In this document: positions 13,301 through 26,959 of the stretch, piece by piece
Position numbering within the stretch: position 1 is the stretch's first letter
How the letters are laid out: the number at the start of each line of letters is the position of its first letter
Origin: Chrysomallon squamiferum
Lineage: Eukaryota > Animalia > Mollusca
NCBI GenBank assembly: GCA_012295275.1
Contig: CM022679.1
Coordinates: forward strand, 27,342,001 to 27,406,000
Direction of reading: 5' to 3'
DNA length: 64,000 nt
Program-made: the position numbers and the translations under genes
Notes under the pieces: generated by a model
The model's input: only the letters and a program-made list of their open reading frames with translations
Database searches by the model: none
Told to the model about the DNA's origin: nothing

Positions 13301-13914
13301 TTTGCAATTTTCATTTAAACATATTCATTTCAATAATACATTTTTCTTTCCTTTTCATCCTTTCTTTACATTTTGTTAAATTATTTTATTTGATATCAAC
13401 ACAAAATGGATAAGTCGTAAACTTAAGGGTTTCCTCAGAATTAATTTCCTTGGATTGCTGCTGAAATGATAATAAAAATGTCTGACCCTACATTATAATT
13501 GAATATATTATACATTTTTAAAATTATTATCTTGATATGATAATCTTATTTAATAAAGAAAAATTAATAACTAAATTAATAATTTAATTTTTTATTTCAG
13601 TGAAATTACAAAAATATTTTCAACTGCAGCCTGTATCAATGGGTCCTTCTTAATTGTGTGAGTTCAGAAAATTTGCTTTTATCTTTTGACTTTTAAAAAC
13701 AAATTTTATGTTTGATATTATTATATAGCATCCTTTAAAAGAATTCTTGTGTTTTAAAAGGTAGTATTCATTAAAATAATTTTTATATGTGAGGAAAGTA
13801 GTTTTTACAACCTGAGCCTCAAAGCTTTTTCTCATTTTATTCTGTTTTAATTATTTTATTTATTTATTTATTAATTTTTATTATTCATTTAATTTTTTTA
13901 TTTATTTATTTATT

Positions 13915-13971
<57 letters not shown>

Positions 13972-14159
13972 TTTATTTCAATATAATCTGCATAAGTTAA
14001 GAATTGTTTTGCTGTAATTTGTTTCAACCCATTCTTTAAAGGAAATAAATCATAAATGAATAACAAATTTTATTAATGAACAAGTAACAAATATTAATAA
14101 ACAAATAAAAAACATATTAATAAAATAAACAACAACTATTTATAATAAAAATTAATCAC

Positions 14160-14203
<44 letters not shown>

Positions 14204-14756
14204 TAAGCATATAAGAAGTATTATTGTGTTGTTTTAAAAGTGGTGGACATTGTGGATGCAGCAAACACAATCATGGAGTGGACATGCAAAGTGTACGAGA
14301 AAATTTCCGAAAACTCAGCCAGACAACAAATGTCATCATCATTCAGAGAGTACGTCTGTCTGTGTTTGTGTTCATACAACAGCATCCAGAAATCACTTTC
14401 AAAATGTCGCTGTAACTAAATCACAATGTATTTTGTCATTTTAAATATCAGTGTGACTGGTTTTATCTGACTCTATCAGTTTTAGCTCACAGTGTGACAG
14501 TAACGTTAACAAGCCTGAGAAGATTTATAAAGGTTAACGTAATTATTATTCTTTGTTTTCCATGATGTATACTGAGGAAGCAGAATAAGAATAACAGTGT
14601 CAAAATAAAAAGCAAACAAAAAAACAACAACCAACCAACACCCCCACAAAATCATACAAATCTTTTCAAGCTTGTTATTTTGTTAACATACTTTATTATT
14701 ATTAAAGTGTCTTGAGTCTCCAAAAAAAAATTACTTGGAATTTTCTGTGCATATTT

Positions 14757-14788
<32 letters not shown>

Positions 14789-15431
14789 CATTTCAATAAA
14801 TTTGAAATGAAAAATATATAACTTTAAACAAAAATAATAAGAATTTTTAATTTAATAGGCACTTCATTTTTCAAATATATTTCTTTAAACAATGAAAAAT
14901 AATGATTATTAAATTTCTCCGACGTTTTTGTTTTTCTTCTGTGATCAGATAGCTAGCTGTCTAGAACAGGTACTGTTGCCAGGGTTACCGTACTCGCCTC
15001 CCGATGTCGAGGCTCTCCGTCTGTTTATAATTCTCCCAGAATGCCACCTGTTCGACCAGCCTAAGTATTACAGTTCACTCATCTGTCCCTTTGGAAAATG
15101 TATCCTAAACCTCGACAAAGTCGCTTCCAACATGCTCGGTATGAAGTTGTAAATTCTTATCAGTTTGATTTATAATCTGTTCTTTTTTGTTTTTTATCCT
15201 TTTGTTTGAAATGGGTGTGGATGTTGGATAATTCATCAGTTAAAAAAAATAAAAGCAGTAATAAGAAGAAGTATAAAGTTGCTTCCAAAATGTGCAGTAC
15301 AATTTTATAATCGTTTTTTTTTTTTTTTTTTGATGTGGATGTTGGATAATCCATCTCATTGAAAAAAACAACAACCCAAAAACCAAAAACCTAATAATAA
15401 CAATAACAATAACAATAACAATAACAATAAC

Positions 15432-15486
<55 letters not shown>

Positions 15487-16372
15487 GTAGTAGTAATTGT
15501 AAATGTAATAATAATAATAATAATAAAATATGTAACAGTGAGTGTAAGAAAGGAGTTGACTGATATATAATGTTTTTGTACTTGTAGAAGTCTGGTGGTC
15601 ATCATTCCAGGAATCCTTCTTCATCCGAGTTGTTGATGTAAGTTTATTTTTAACTTTGTTAGTTGTGTGCATCTGTGCATGTTTGTACACATTCAAGTAT
15701 AAATGTTGTTTTTGTGTGTGTGTATTTCAACTTGTTTATTTGTAAACTTGTATTGGAACTAATTCGATATATGTTTTGAATGTATCTGGCTTCCAGATAC
15801 CTGGAAAATTCTGAAAATAGTCTGTTTTTGAATTAGGTGTGCATTGTTTTGGTGTCTGTGACACCGGTTCAAGTGAGACTGTTGCTGTGAGTAGATGATC
15901 CAATCACAATAAGTCATCGTTTGTTTCTGTTTACTCTCACATTCATTCATTATCCTTTCTGAAAGACTGTCACAGATGCAGCTTGCTAGTGTAAAGCAAG
16001 TTCTGTGTGTTGAGTTATTTAATACAGATCAAAGAGACCCTACTTTAGAAGTGCATTGATATGTGTTATGTTAAATTTTATTGTTTTATTTGTCGTTGTT
16101 AAGCATATTGGATTAATAGTTTTGTAACAAGTATATTGTTCTGAACAATCAGTAAAATGTGAATATACAAATACTTTAAAGATGTGTATTGGAAATATTC
16201 TCTTGAATTGTAGATTTACAGGCAATGTATAGAACATATTCTTCAAATGCCTGACACAACAAACCCACAAGAGGTTAGTTTTAAAATTTACATTTTTTTT
16301 TCTTTACAAGCTCATAAACTGAGCTGATTCAACTTTTGTCTGAAGAATTGGGTTTTTCACTCTCTCTCTGTC

Positions 16373-16409
<37 letters not shown>

Positions 16410-16929
16410 TTGTCTCTCTCCACTCTCTCTTTTTCTGTCTTTCACATACATGTAGGCACATCTATTTTCCATGTATGCTTTGTGAAAATTTCAGTATTTG
16501 TTTGGAATTACTGAGGTTAAAAGGTTGAAAGTATTGAGAGTGTTTTTTGTTTCTTCTCTTTCAGAGTGAAAAGCGAGGTCATGGGTTGTATGTGTCACTG
16601 GAGATTTTGAAAAAACTCAACAACGTAAAAGTTTTATTTTTTCTTCATTTATGCGTTTTCTTGTTATGCTTATGAGTCTTTTTAATAATTATATGTATGT
16701 GTGGATCTTATCTTTCAGTATGTATGTTTTGTTTTGTGAGTGTGAGTGTGTTTGTGTGCGTTCATTTCTTTGTACAGTTCTATCCATATCTATATTCATA
16801 CATACATAAACACATGCATACATATATGTACGTACATACATAAACACATACATACACACATACACACAGAAACACAGACACATACACACAGACACACACA
16901 TGTACATACATACATACACATATGTACCT

Positions 16930-16966
<37 letters not shown>

Positions 16967-17303
16967 TGATTTAAAAATTATACTTTGTGCTGAGATCATG
17001 CAACATTAAACAAGAAGAGATTATTATCTAAATATTCCGGTAATTAAATGATAGCAAACTATTATGGCTGCAGGTAAATGAACAGAATGGACAGATCATC
17101 GAGTATCACAAGTTTTACATTGGAGAACTGAAAAACAGAGTCAACATCAAGAAAGATTACGTCAGCTGGCTGCAGCAGGACAGATTTAACCAAAAGGTCA
17201 GAGGTCAAGTTATGTTGCACACTGAATAGGTTACTCTGATGTATCTGCATGCAGTGTATTTTCATACACACTTATTTATTAAATAAATCTATACATATAT
17301 GTT

Positions 17304-17346
<43 letters not shown>

Positions 17347-17698
17347 TTAAGACATATGCAGATTACATAACAGTTGATGCAAAAATCATCATTACCTCTA
17401 TAACATTCATTTAAAAATGGGCTTGATGATAAAAAGAATGAGCAAGTAAGAACCTTTGCATGACCTCTCCTCTTCAAACAGAAAATTTATAATTTAGACT
17501 CATAATATTTTAAGAAAAAACCAAAAACAAAAACCAATTATAATAAAAATAATAATAAAATAATAATAATAAAAATAATAATAAAAATAATAATAATATT
17601 AATAATAATAATAATAACAATATTAATAATAGCAATAATAATAATAATAATAACAATAATAATAATAATAACATGATAATAACAACAACAACAACAAC

Positions 17699-17735
<37 letters not shown>

Positions 17736-19960
17736 TAGAAATTCAAAAGAATAAATAAAATATTACACTTCAGGGTCTTCACTTCTGTAATTATCCATTC
17801 CTATTTGACGCTGCGGCCAAGAGTATGTTGCTGCAGACAGACGCCATGATACAGATGCAGGTAAGTAATCATCAACTTTATATCATCACTTAAATATCAA
17901 TTCATCCATTCACTCCACTGTTTATTCAAATGAGGAGAAATCAGAGTTTCTGTTCACATACAAGTTTAACTGTTATCATTTTGTTAGTGTTATTAGTCCT
18001 GGTGGTAATGATAATATATTAATGGTGGTAGTGGTAGCAGCAGCAGCAGAATGGTTGTAGTACTGGTGGTAGAATAGTAGTAGTAGTAGTAGTAGTAGTA
18101 GTTGTAGCAGTAATAGAAGAAGTACTATTATGTTTCTGTGTATATTATTACTGTTATTATGTTTATATTATTGTTATTGTTATCATTATAATTATCAGCA
18201 TTACCTTTATTATTATTATTATTGTTGATATTGTTTTTATTGGTTTTTTTTATTATTATCATTTTCATCATTTTCATTATTATCATCATCATCATCATAA
18301 TTATCATCATCAACATCATCATCATCATCATCATCATTATTATTACTATTATTATTATTACTCTTATTATCGTTGTTGTTGTTGTTTTTACTGCACAGAC
18401 AGCTATAGACGAGGTACACAGAAGAAACTTAACGAGTCTGTTTCTGCCGATTGATCCTGTGAACCCGTGCCTGCTGCTGTTTGTCACCCGCCACAACCTC
18501 GTCAGAGATACCCTGGAACAGCTCAGCAAACACACCAGTGCCGATCTCAAGAAACCACTGAAAGTACGTTTGTGTGTGTGTTTGTGTGTCTGTAAGTGTG
18601 TGTGTGTGTGTTTGTATGTCTGTGAGTGTGTGGGTGTGTTTTGGGGTGTGTTTGTGGGTTGGTGGGTGGTGTGTATGGGTGAGGGACTGTTTCTGTGAAT
18701 ATTTGTGTGTATATCTCTCTGTGTGTGTGTGTGTTTGTTTTTTGTATGTCTAAGTGTGTGTGTGTGTGTGTGTTTCTGTGAGTGTCTGTGTGTGCATGAT
18801 TCTGTGATTGTTTGTTTGCTTGTTCATGTATATCTGTCTGTATTTGCACATGTGTAAAAATCCATATGTACACTCATGTTAAGAAACGTATATTCAAACA
18901 TCATTTTTGTGATCACATTCCTTTTACATTTGTGAACTGTATGTGAGTATCTATGTACATATATGTGGGGGTAGTGGGTGGGAGGGTGAAAATTCAGGGT
19001 ATATATTTATTCTAATTTTATGTATGTTTGTAATTTTTGTATATGTTCACATTTTGCTTTCAAGTGTGTGTGAGTCTGTGTGTGTGTGTGTCTGTGTGTC
19101 TTTGTGAGTCTGTATGTATGTGTGTGTGAATCTGTGTGTGTGTTGTGTGTGTGTGTGTGTGTGTATCTGTGTTCTACAGCTGCAAAAATATGGCTTAATT
19201 ATGAATACTGGTAAGGAAAATTAATTTTAATTTTAATATTTTCCTCTTAAGAGATCTGATTACAATTTTAAAATGTTACCTTTTATCACCACATTTGTGA
19301 AAGTAATAAGCCATAGCCCATAACGAATAAAATCAAACTCAAACTATTTTATTGTTGCTGTCCTCATATTTAATTTGCTTAAAATTTTGTTGTAAATCTT
19401 TGTTAATAAAGCACACACTCACACACACACACACAATTTTTATAATACTTAAAAAAGAGTAAGGAAAGAAAGATATAAAATATTGTTGATAAAAAAAAAA
19501 AATAAAAAAAAATAATGATAATGATAAAAAGAATAAATAAATAATCTTTCTGGATTGAAATTACTTTCAGAGATTTAAAAAAAAAAATGTTTCTATTATA
19601 ATGACAAATTTGACCCTTTGACCTTTGACCTCTGTGTACTTTCTGGTATTGCAGATTGTGTTTGTGGAAGAAGAAGCTATAGATGGTGGTGGAGTGAAAA
19701 AGGTAAAAAAAACAGTGAGAACAACATACTACATGTTCTTCTCATTTTTCACAGGTTGTTTTTCTCGGCGAAGAAGCAGTGGATGAAGGAGGGGTTGCCA
19801 AGGTTTGATGTCCACCAAACACAATGCATTAGTGTATCTCTCTGTCTGTGTAGGGGGTGTGGTGTAGGGTGGTTGTGGGTGTGGTGTGGGTGTAGGTGTA
19901 GGGTGTGGTGTGAGTGTAGTTGTATGTGGAGGTGTATGGAAGTGTTGAGAATAGGTGTAA

Positions 19961-20003
<43 letters not shown>

Positions 20004-20949
20004 TATGTGAGTTTGTACGTGTTTGTGTGTATGTGTTTGTAGATGTGTTGGTATCTGGGTATATGTGTGTGTGGGTACGTGTGTGTGCCTTGCTTGAGTA
20101 GATGTAAGTGTGTTTGTGTTTGTAGGTGTGGGAGTGTATGTATGAGTATATGTGTAAAGATGCATGTATGGGTATTTTCTCTGAGTGGGTGTAAGTGTTT
20201 TAGTGTTTATGTGTTAGTAGGTGTTTATGTGTACAGATGTGTATGTACTATATGTATGTAGGGGTGTCTCTGCATGTGTTTGTGTGTGTGTGTGTGAGTG
20301 TGTACATAACTCTCTGTAGCTATATGTAGCTGTATCTCTCTGTATATGTGTGGGTATGTGTGTACTGCATGCTTTGTTTGAATTTACTTATTCAGATAAT
20401 ATTACAGACATTGTCTTTTGATGCAGATATCTTTAAATTAAATTCAGATGACAAATGATAACCTTTCTGTGATTACTCTTCTTTCTTGTCTATGTCAGAG
20501 CAAAAAAACAAAAACAAATTGGGATTATTTTCTGAATCTGGAACATGTTATTAATGCATAAAAGAATGGAAAATAATGATAAAGGGGAACATTTTTTTTA
20601 TTATGCAATTATTATGAATGGAATGTTTAATGAGCTTTGGGTGTTAAAAGCAACACATTTTGTTTTGTTTTGTTGTGTTCTTTAGTGGTTTTTTGTTTTG
20701 TTTTGTTTTTGTTTAAACAGTTTTTATCATTGATAATAATTACAGAGAAATATATATGTTGTTTACAGTTAACACATTTGTCTGTAATATTATCTTTTAA
20801 TGAATCCAGGGAAGTTTCCCTTCTTTTACTACCAGCATCACATGCATTTTATTTGCACATTTTAATGCAATTATAAAAGTCGTGTCAGAATGTTTTTTTT
20901 AAATCAAAAATCAAAAAAATTAAAAAGTAATAAAAATAGAAAATAAATG

Positions 20950-20992
<43 letters not shown>

Positions 20993-21538
20993 TATTTATT
21001 TAATTATTTACTTACTTATTATTATTTATTTTTTCCCATTATAAATGCATGTGCACCTTGTAATCTATTGATCAATGCATTTTAATACTAGTAAAGCTTT
21101 ATTGTGACCACTTTTCACATACATGTATCCAAGGTTTCACAAAAGTTACTTACATGACAGAGATTTTTTCACTGCCTTCATGTAATGCGCCACAGTATTA
21201 AAATAATGTAAAAATATAGTACAATTTAAAAAGTAAATATTAATTGATTTTATTACTGGTTTTTACAACACAATAAACAAATAAGTAATAATAAGAACAA
21301 TTAAAATGCATGTTGTTTGTTTGCAAAATAACACTTCATTTTTATTTATTATAGGTACTAAACAAAACTGTTTATTTTATTTTTCTCTTCTTTTTCTTAT
21401 TATTTGCATGTAATTTTCATTCTTCTTTTCCATTGTTTGAAAAATGTGTTAAATTTAAAATATTTGTAATTTGTTTGCAATTTTTTTTTTTTTTTTTTTG
21501 GTTGATTTTTTATGTGAATATATATATATATATATTTA

Positions 21539-21569
<31 letters not shown>

Positions 21570-24500
21570 TTTATTGAATGTGTTACTTTTTTTTTTGATT
21601 CCATGAAATTTCCTTTGTTAGTTTAAAATACTAATTTTTGATTTATTTTGAATGGTAACAAATAAAATATAGTAAATATTTTAGACGTGATAAGAGAAAT
21701 GTGAGGATTAATTATAATTATTTAACAGCAGTTGTTAATCACAGTTAATTACAGATAATTACCTTTTATTCTACAGCACCACTAAACTGTTATTTATTAT
21801 TATTATTATTTTTAATATTCTAACTTTTTTTTATCATACAAACTTATCTAGCATAAAAACACAGATGCACATTAAAATTTGTGCCAACACACAGTAAATA
21901 CACACACACACACACAATACACAGTTACATATGTACCTCTATTGTTGTTTTTGGTTTTTTAAATACATAACATCTCTTCACTGTTGACTTTATTTCACAA
22001 TTACTGATTTGTTTGTCATACTGATAATAATGATCATAACTGATGAGTGAAAATTAATCAGTGTACTACTCTGTTGGGGGGGGTCTGTTAACAAAACTTC
22101 TGTCTTTGTTAACTGAGATTAGAGTTTGTTAACTGAGATCATAGTTTGTTAACTGAGATTATATTTTGTTAACTGAGATTATATTTTGTTAACTGAGATT
22201 ACAGTTTGCTAACTGAGATTACAGTTTGCTAACTGAGAGTACAGTTTGGTAACTGAGATTATAGTTTGTTAACTGAGATCATAGTTTGCTGAGATTACAG
22301 TTTGTTAACTGAGATTATAGTTTGCTAACTGAGATTACAGTTTTCTAACAGATTATAGTTTGTTAACTGAGATTATAGTTTGTTAACTGAGATTATAGTT
22401 TGCTAACTGAGATTACAGTTTTCTAACAGATTACAGTTTGTTAACTGAGATTATAGTTTGCTAACTGAGATTACAGTTTTCTAACAGATTATAGTTTGCT
22501 GAGATTATAGTTTGTTAACTGAGATTATAGATTGCTAACTGAGACTATAGTTTGTTAACTGAGATTACAGTTTGTTAACTGAGATTACAGTTTGTTAACT
22601 GAGATTATAGTTTGTTAACTGAAATTACAGTTTGTTAACTGAAATTACAGTTTGTATTTGTATTTTTCTACAGGAGTTTTTCTTGCTGCTGTTGCGAGAA
22701 GTGCTTGACCCCAAGTATGGAATGTTCCAATACGACGAGGAGTCTCACTTACAGTGGTTTAATTCCCAGGTACTCACTAATCCACACTCTTCTTAATTCC
22801 TTCCCATACTGCTGACAGTTTTATTTACCACCCTCTGCCTGTCATAAAGTGTAACAGTAAAAATAACAGGCTCGAGGAAACGTATGAAGGATTTAATTTT
22901 CCGTTTTGTGTAGAGAAGGTAAAGAAAAAGATGCAGTTTAAAAAAAAAAAAGGAAAGATATATTTATACACATTCACAGTATTAATAAAGAGAAATATTA
23001 AGATAATGTGTGAAGGATTCCATTTTCCATTTTCTGTAAAAAAGAAAAAAAAAAGAAAGATGTTTTTGAGGCATTTTGCCTAAAGACAATAATTTCATTT
23101 TCCATTTTCTGTAAAGAAGGGAAAGAAAAAGATGTGGAAACTAAAAAAAAAATAAAAACAGGGAAAGAAAGATGTGTGTGGACATTTAACCTCAAAGCCA
23201 GTAATCATTTCATTTCAGTTTTCAATTTTCAGTTTTTTTGTAAACAAGGGAAAGAAATCATAGAGAGCATAAAAAATAAAAATATACAGACTAAAAGATA
23301 ATAATTATTTTTAATTTTATTTTAGACATTTGAGGATAGCTCCATGTTTCATCTGATAGGAATACTTTGTGGCTTGGCCATCTACAACTTCACCATCATC
23401 GATCTTAAGTTTCCACTGGCTCTGTACAAAAAATTGCTCAACCGGTGAATATATCTTTTTATATATACAGAATGAGACACAGAGAGAGAGAACACATGGA
23501 AAGTATGTGTATGTGTGTGCGTGTGCATATGCATACTTGTATGTGTATGTGTGTGTGTCTGAGTGAGAGTGTTCAGATGTTTATATATGTGTGAGACTCT
23601 GCATAAGTGTTTGTATGTCTTGTGTCTATAAGTGCTTGAATACGAAACACTAAAATGTTATTCAGTAAATTATTGCTGCTTGAATATTTAAGTCATTTAT
23701 TTATTTATTTTTTAAATTATATTTGCCTTTACATCAAGTTTACTACGAGCTATGATGAATTATTATTATTATTATTATATATTTTTTAGTTTTATTGTTT
23801 CTTTTTACACAGAAAAGTTATACTTGATGATTTGAAAGAAATGTGGCCGTCTGTGGGCAGGTAACTCTAAATGATCTTATTTGCAGCCATTTTCACTGTA
23901 TTGTAACATGAAGCCGTTAATCTCTGATATTAATGAATCATTTTTAATTTATTTACTGCAACCAAAAATATAGTTAGAGACAGAATTAATAAATTAACAC
24001 ATTCTGGAACATTGTAGATTTAGTGAGTCGCTATATTTGTAGCCTAGAGGTTAAACTTCAAGTCAAAATATTAGGTATTTTAAATGCATGTGGATTTAGT
24101 GGAATTTAAAAAAAGTAATAACTTAACTGTAACTGAATTTGAAGTAAATATCTTATAGTCTTATTATATCTCTGTTGTTCTGAATGTGAAACAGCTGAGA
24201 GGAAACCATGGCAACTTCAACATGGAGGTGTGCCAGTGTGGTGCAGTCATAGTTCTGTACTGATCCGTAATAATGGCCACAATTTAAAGAAATTAAACAT
24301 TACTAAGTTAAATTCATTGAAGATGTCTAAACAATATTTTGGGTTCATGAGTTCAATAAAAATAATTTTATAATAATTTGTTTTGATTTGTTTTAAATAA
24401 AGCTTAAAGTTAAAAGAGTATTTATTTATTTATTTCTGTTTTTATTGTAGAAGTTTGCAGTATGTGTTGGATTATGAAAAAGATGATCTGGAGGAAGTAT

Positions 24501-25228
24501 TTTGTTTAACTTTCCAGGTTTGTGTCTGAGTTGAATTTAACTAAAAACACATTTTCTTTTTCTTCTTCAAACAAACATCATCATCATTATCATCATCAAC
24601 ATTATTATTATTAATACTATTATTGTTATCACCATCATCATTGAATCATTGTTATTTATTTTTTTTGATTAACATTTTTAGATTAGTGTGTTTGATTTTA
24701 ATCTTCATCATCATCATTACTATTATTATTACTATTATTAATACTATCATTATCATTATTATTATTACTGTTGCTACAATTATTATTATTATTATTATAA
24801 GTATCATTATTATTATTACACTTGCTACACTTATTATTATTATTATTATAAGTATCATTATTATTATTACAGTTGCTACAGTCATTAATATTACTGAATA
24901 ATAGTTATTTAGTTGTTTGAAATGTTTGTGATTTTTAATCATATCATTGCTGTTAAAAGATTTTACAGAGTTGTGATGTTGTGTTTAGATTTCTGTTGAT
25001 ATGTTTGGACACTCAGAGACTCATGAACTGTGTCCTAATGGTGCCCAGAAGTCAGTTACTAAAGAAAACAGGTAGACGATGTATAACACACAGAAACACC
25101 TGCATGCATGCACACACAAAACACACACATACATATACGTATATAAAAGTATAGACAAACTCAGTTGTGAGATTTTATATTATTTTTTAAAACATTTTTC
25201 TGTTTATTTATTATTATTATATTTTTTT

Positions 25229-25265
<37 letters not shown>

Positions 25266-26908
25266 AATTTTTTTTTTTGTATTTTGTGAGGATTGTTGGT
25301 TTGTTGTTTTTTTTTTTTTTTTAAGGAAGTTAAGTACATAGATTTTATTTTATATTTGTACATCAGGAATTTTTTTTTATTATTATTGAAAGTTTGCTCC
25401 ATTTTCTTTTACTTTTCTTTTACTTGTTAATCTCTTTTTGTGTTATTCATTTATTTTTGTTGTTTGTTTTGAGTTCACGTAACTATATTTTTTTATGTAA
25501 AATATTAAATAATTGTGCTTTTGTGTTTCAGAAAGGAGTTTGTAGATTTGTACGTTGATTTTGTGTTTAACAAGTCAGCCAAGACGCAGTACGAACCATT
25601 CAGTGCAGGTTTCCTCAAAGTCTGTGGAGGTAGAGTGTTGGTGAGTCGGGTTTCTTTTCTAGTGTAGTATCAGTGGCAGCATAATACAGTTATACTGAAT
25701 GTGTATTTGTTAATGTTTCTAAGAGATTATCACTGATTTTGAAGCCAATATATCACTTAACTGAGTTTTCAAATGCCTGTCATATCTATGAGAAGGTGTA
25801 CTTGATAAATTCTTTATTGCTAAATTGTAATAAATAGAATTATGGAGTTGGTAATAGGGTGTTTTTCTATTACGTAACCATTATGTATAAAATAATTACT
25901 GTATATTAAATTGATTGATAGTCTTAAAATATAACCACAGTGGCAGGGAATATTGTATTTTTTGTCATATAAAACAAAAATTAAAAAGGCTAAATTATGA
26001 ATACACATATATTTTAATTTTTTTCTTAATATAGTTTAGGTTGAGGTTGAGGTTGGCGTTGGGGTTGGGTTGGGTTGGGTTGGTTTGGGTTAGGGTTTTA
26101 GTTTAGTTGTTTTATTTATTTTATTTTATTTTATTTATTTTTTTTATTTTTTTTTTTTTGTTCAACAGGAACTTTTTCATCCACAAGAATTGCAGGCCAT
26201 GGTTGTCGGCAATGAAAATTATGATTTTATAGAACTGGAGAAAGTAAGAAATATTTAATTTTTTTATTATTTCTTCCTTTTGTCTTTGAGAGATGACAAC
26301 TTTGGGTTAAAATTTTTTTTTTTTTTTTTTTATAAATTTAAGAAAATAAATGTACTTGTCAAACTTGGACACAGTATCATTTTCCTCAACAACAAATTAT
26401 TTTTAAAAATGTGTCATTACCCTGTTATATATATCAGGCTAATGTTTAATTTGATTCAAGGATCAAGAATATTGTTTTGTGTGTTCAAAGTACTGTGTTC
26501 TGTTTTTGTTTACAGAATAATTATTATTATGTTTTATTGGAAGTAATAAAATACTGTTTTATTTAGTTTTCAGAATAAGATTATTGTGTTCTGTTTGTGT
26601 TTCAAGTCAAGAATATTGTTTTGTGTTTTTCAAATAAGAATATTGTGTTTTTTAACAAGATTATTGTGTTTTATTTGTATTTTGAGATTCTAGAATATTG
26701 CAGTGTGTTTCTAGAATAAGAATACTGTGTTGTTTTTGTTTGTGTTTCAGAACACTGAGTATAAAGGAGAGTATCACAGATATCACCAGACTATCAAGTT
26801 TTTCTGGGAAGTTTTCCATGACCTGTCAATGGATGATAAGAAAAAATTTCTAGGTGAGAAGAGATTTAAAAATCTTACTATCTCATGTTATTCCCATCCA
26901 GATCTCTT

Positions 26909-26959
<51 letters not shown>

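Noticed and set aside
17197-17209. Second in-frame donor (adds VRGQ) after HERC4 exon 16
   Set aside because: Cannot be distinguished from a chance GT without transcript data.
15240-18873. Poly-I/L/Y/M and CV/HT-repeat ORFs, also at 7967-8327, 19749-20261, 24623-24942, 30286-30576, 55078-55594 and 57797-59144
   Set aside because: Derived from (AAT)n, (CAT)n, (GT)n and (GA)n simple repeats; no splice-consistent or domain evidence.
22106-22654. Regular short repeats resembling a CRISPR array
   Set aside because: Units are contiguous with no unique spacers, and the context is a eukaryotic intron. It is a minisatellite.
26035-26097. GGGTT/GGGTTA run resembling an interstitial telomere or G-quadruplex
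   Set aside because: Only one true TTAGGG unit; a short degenerate microsatellite with no further support.
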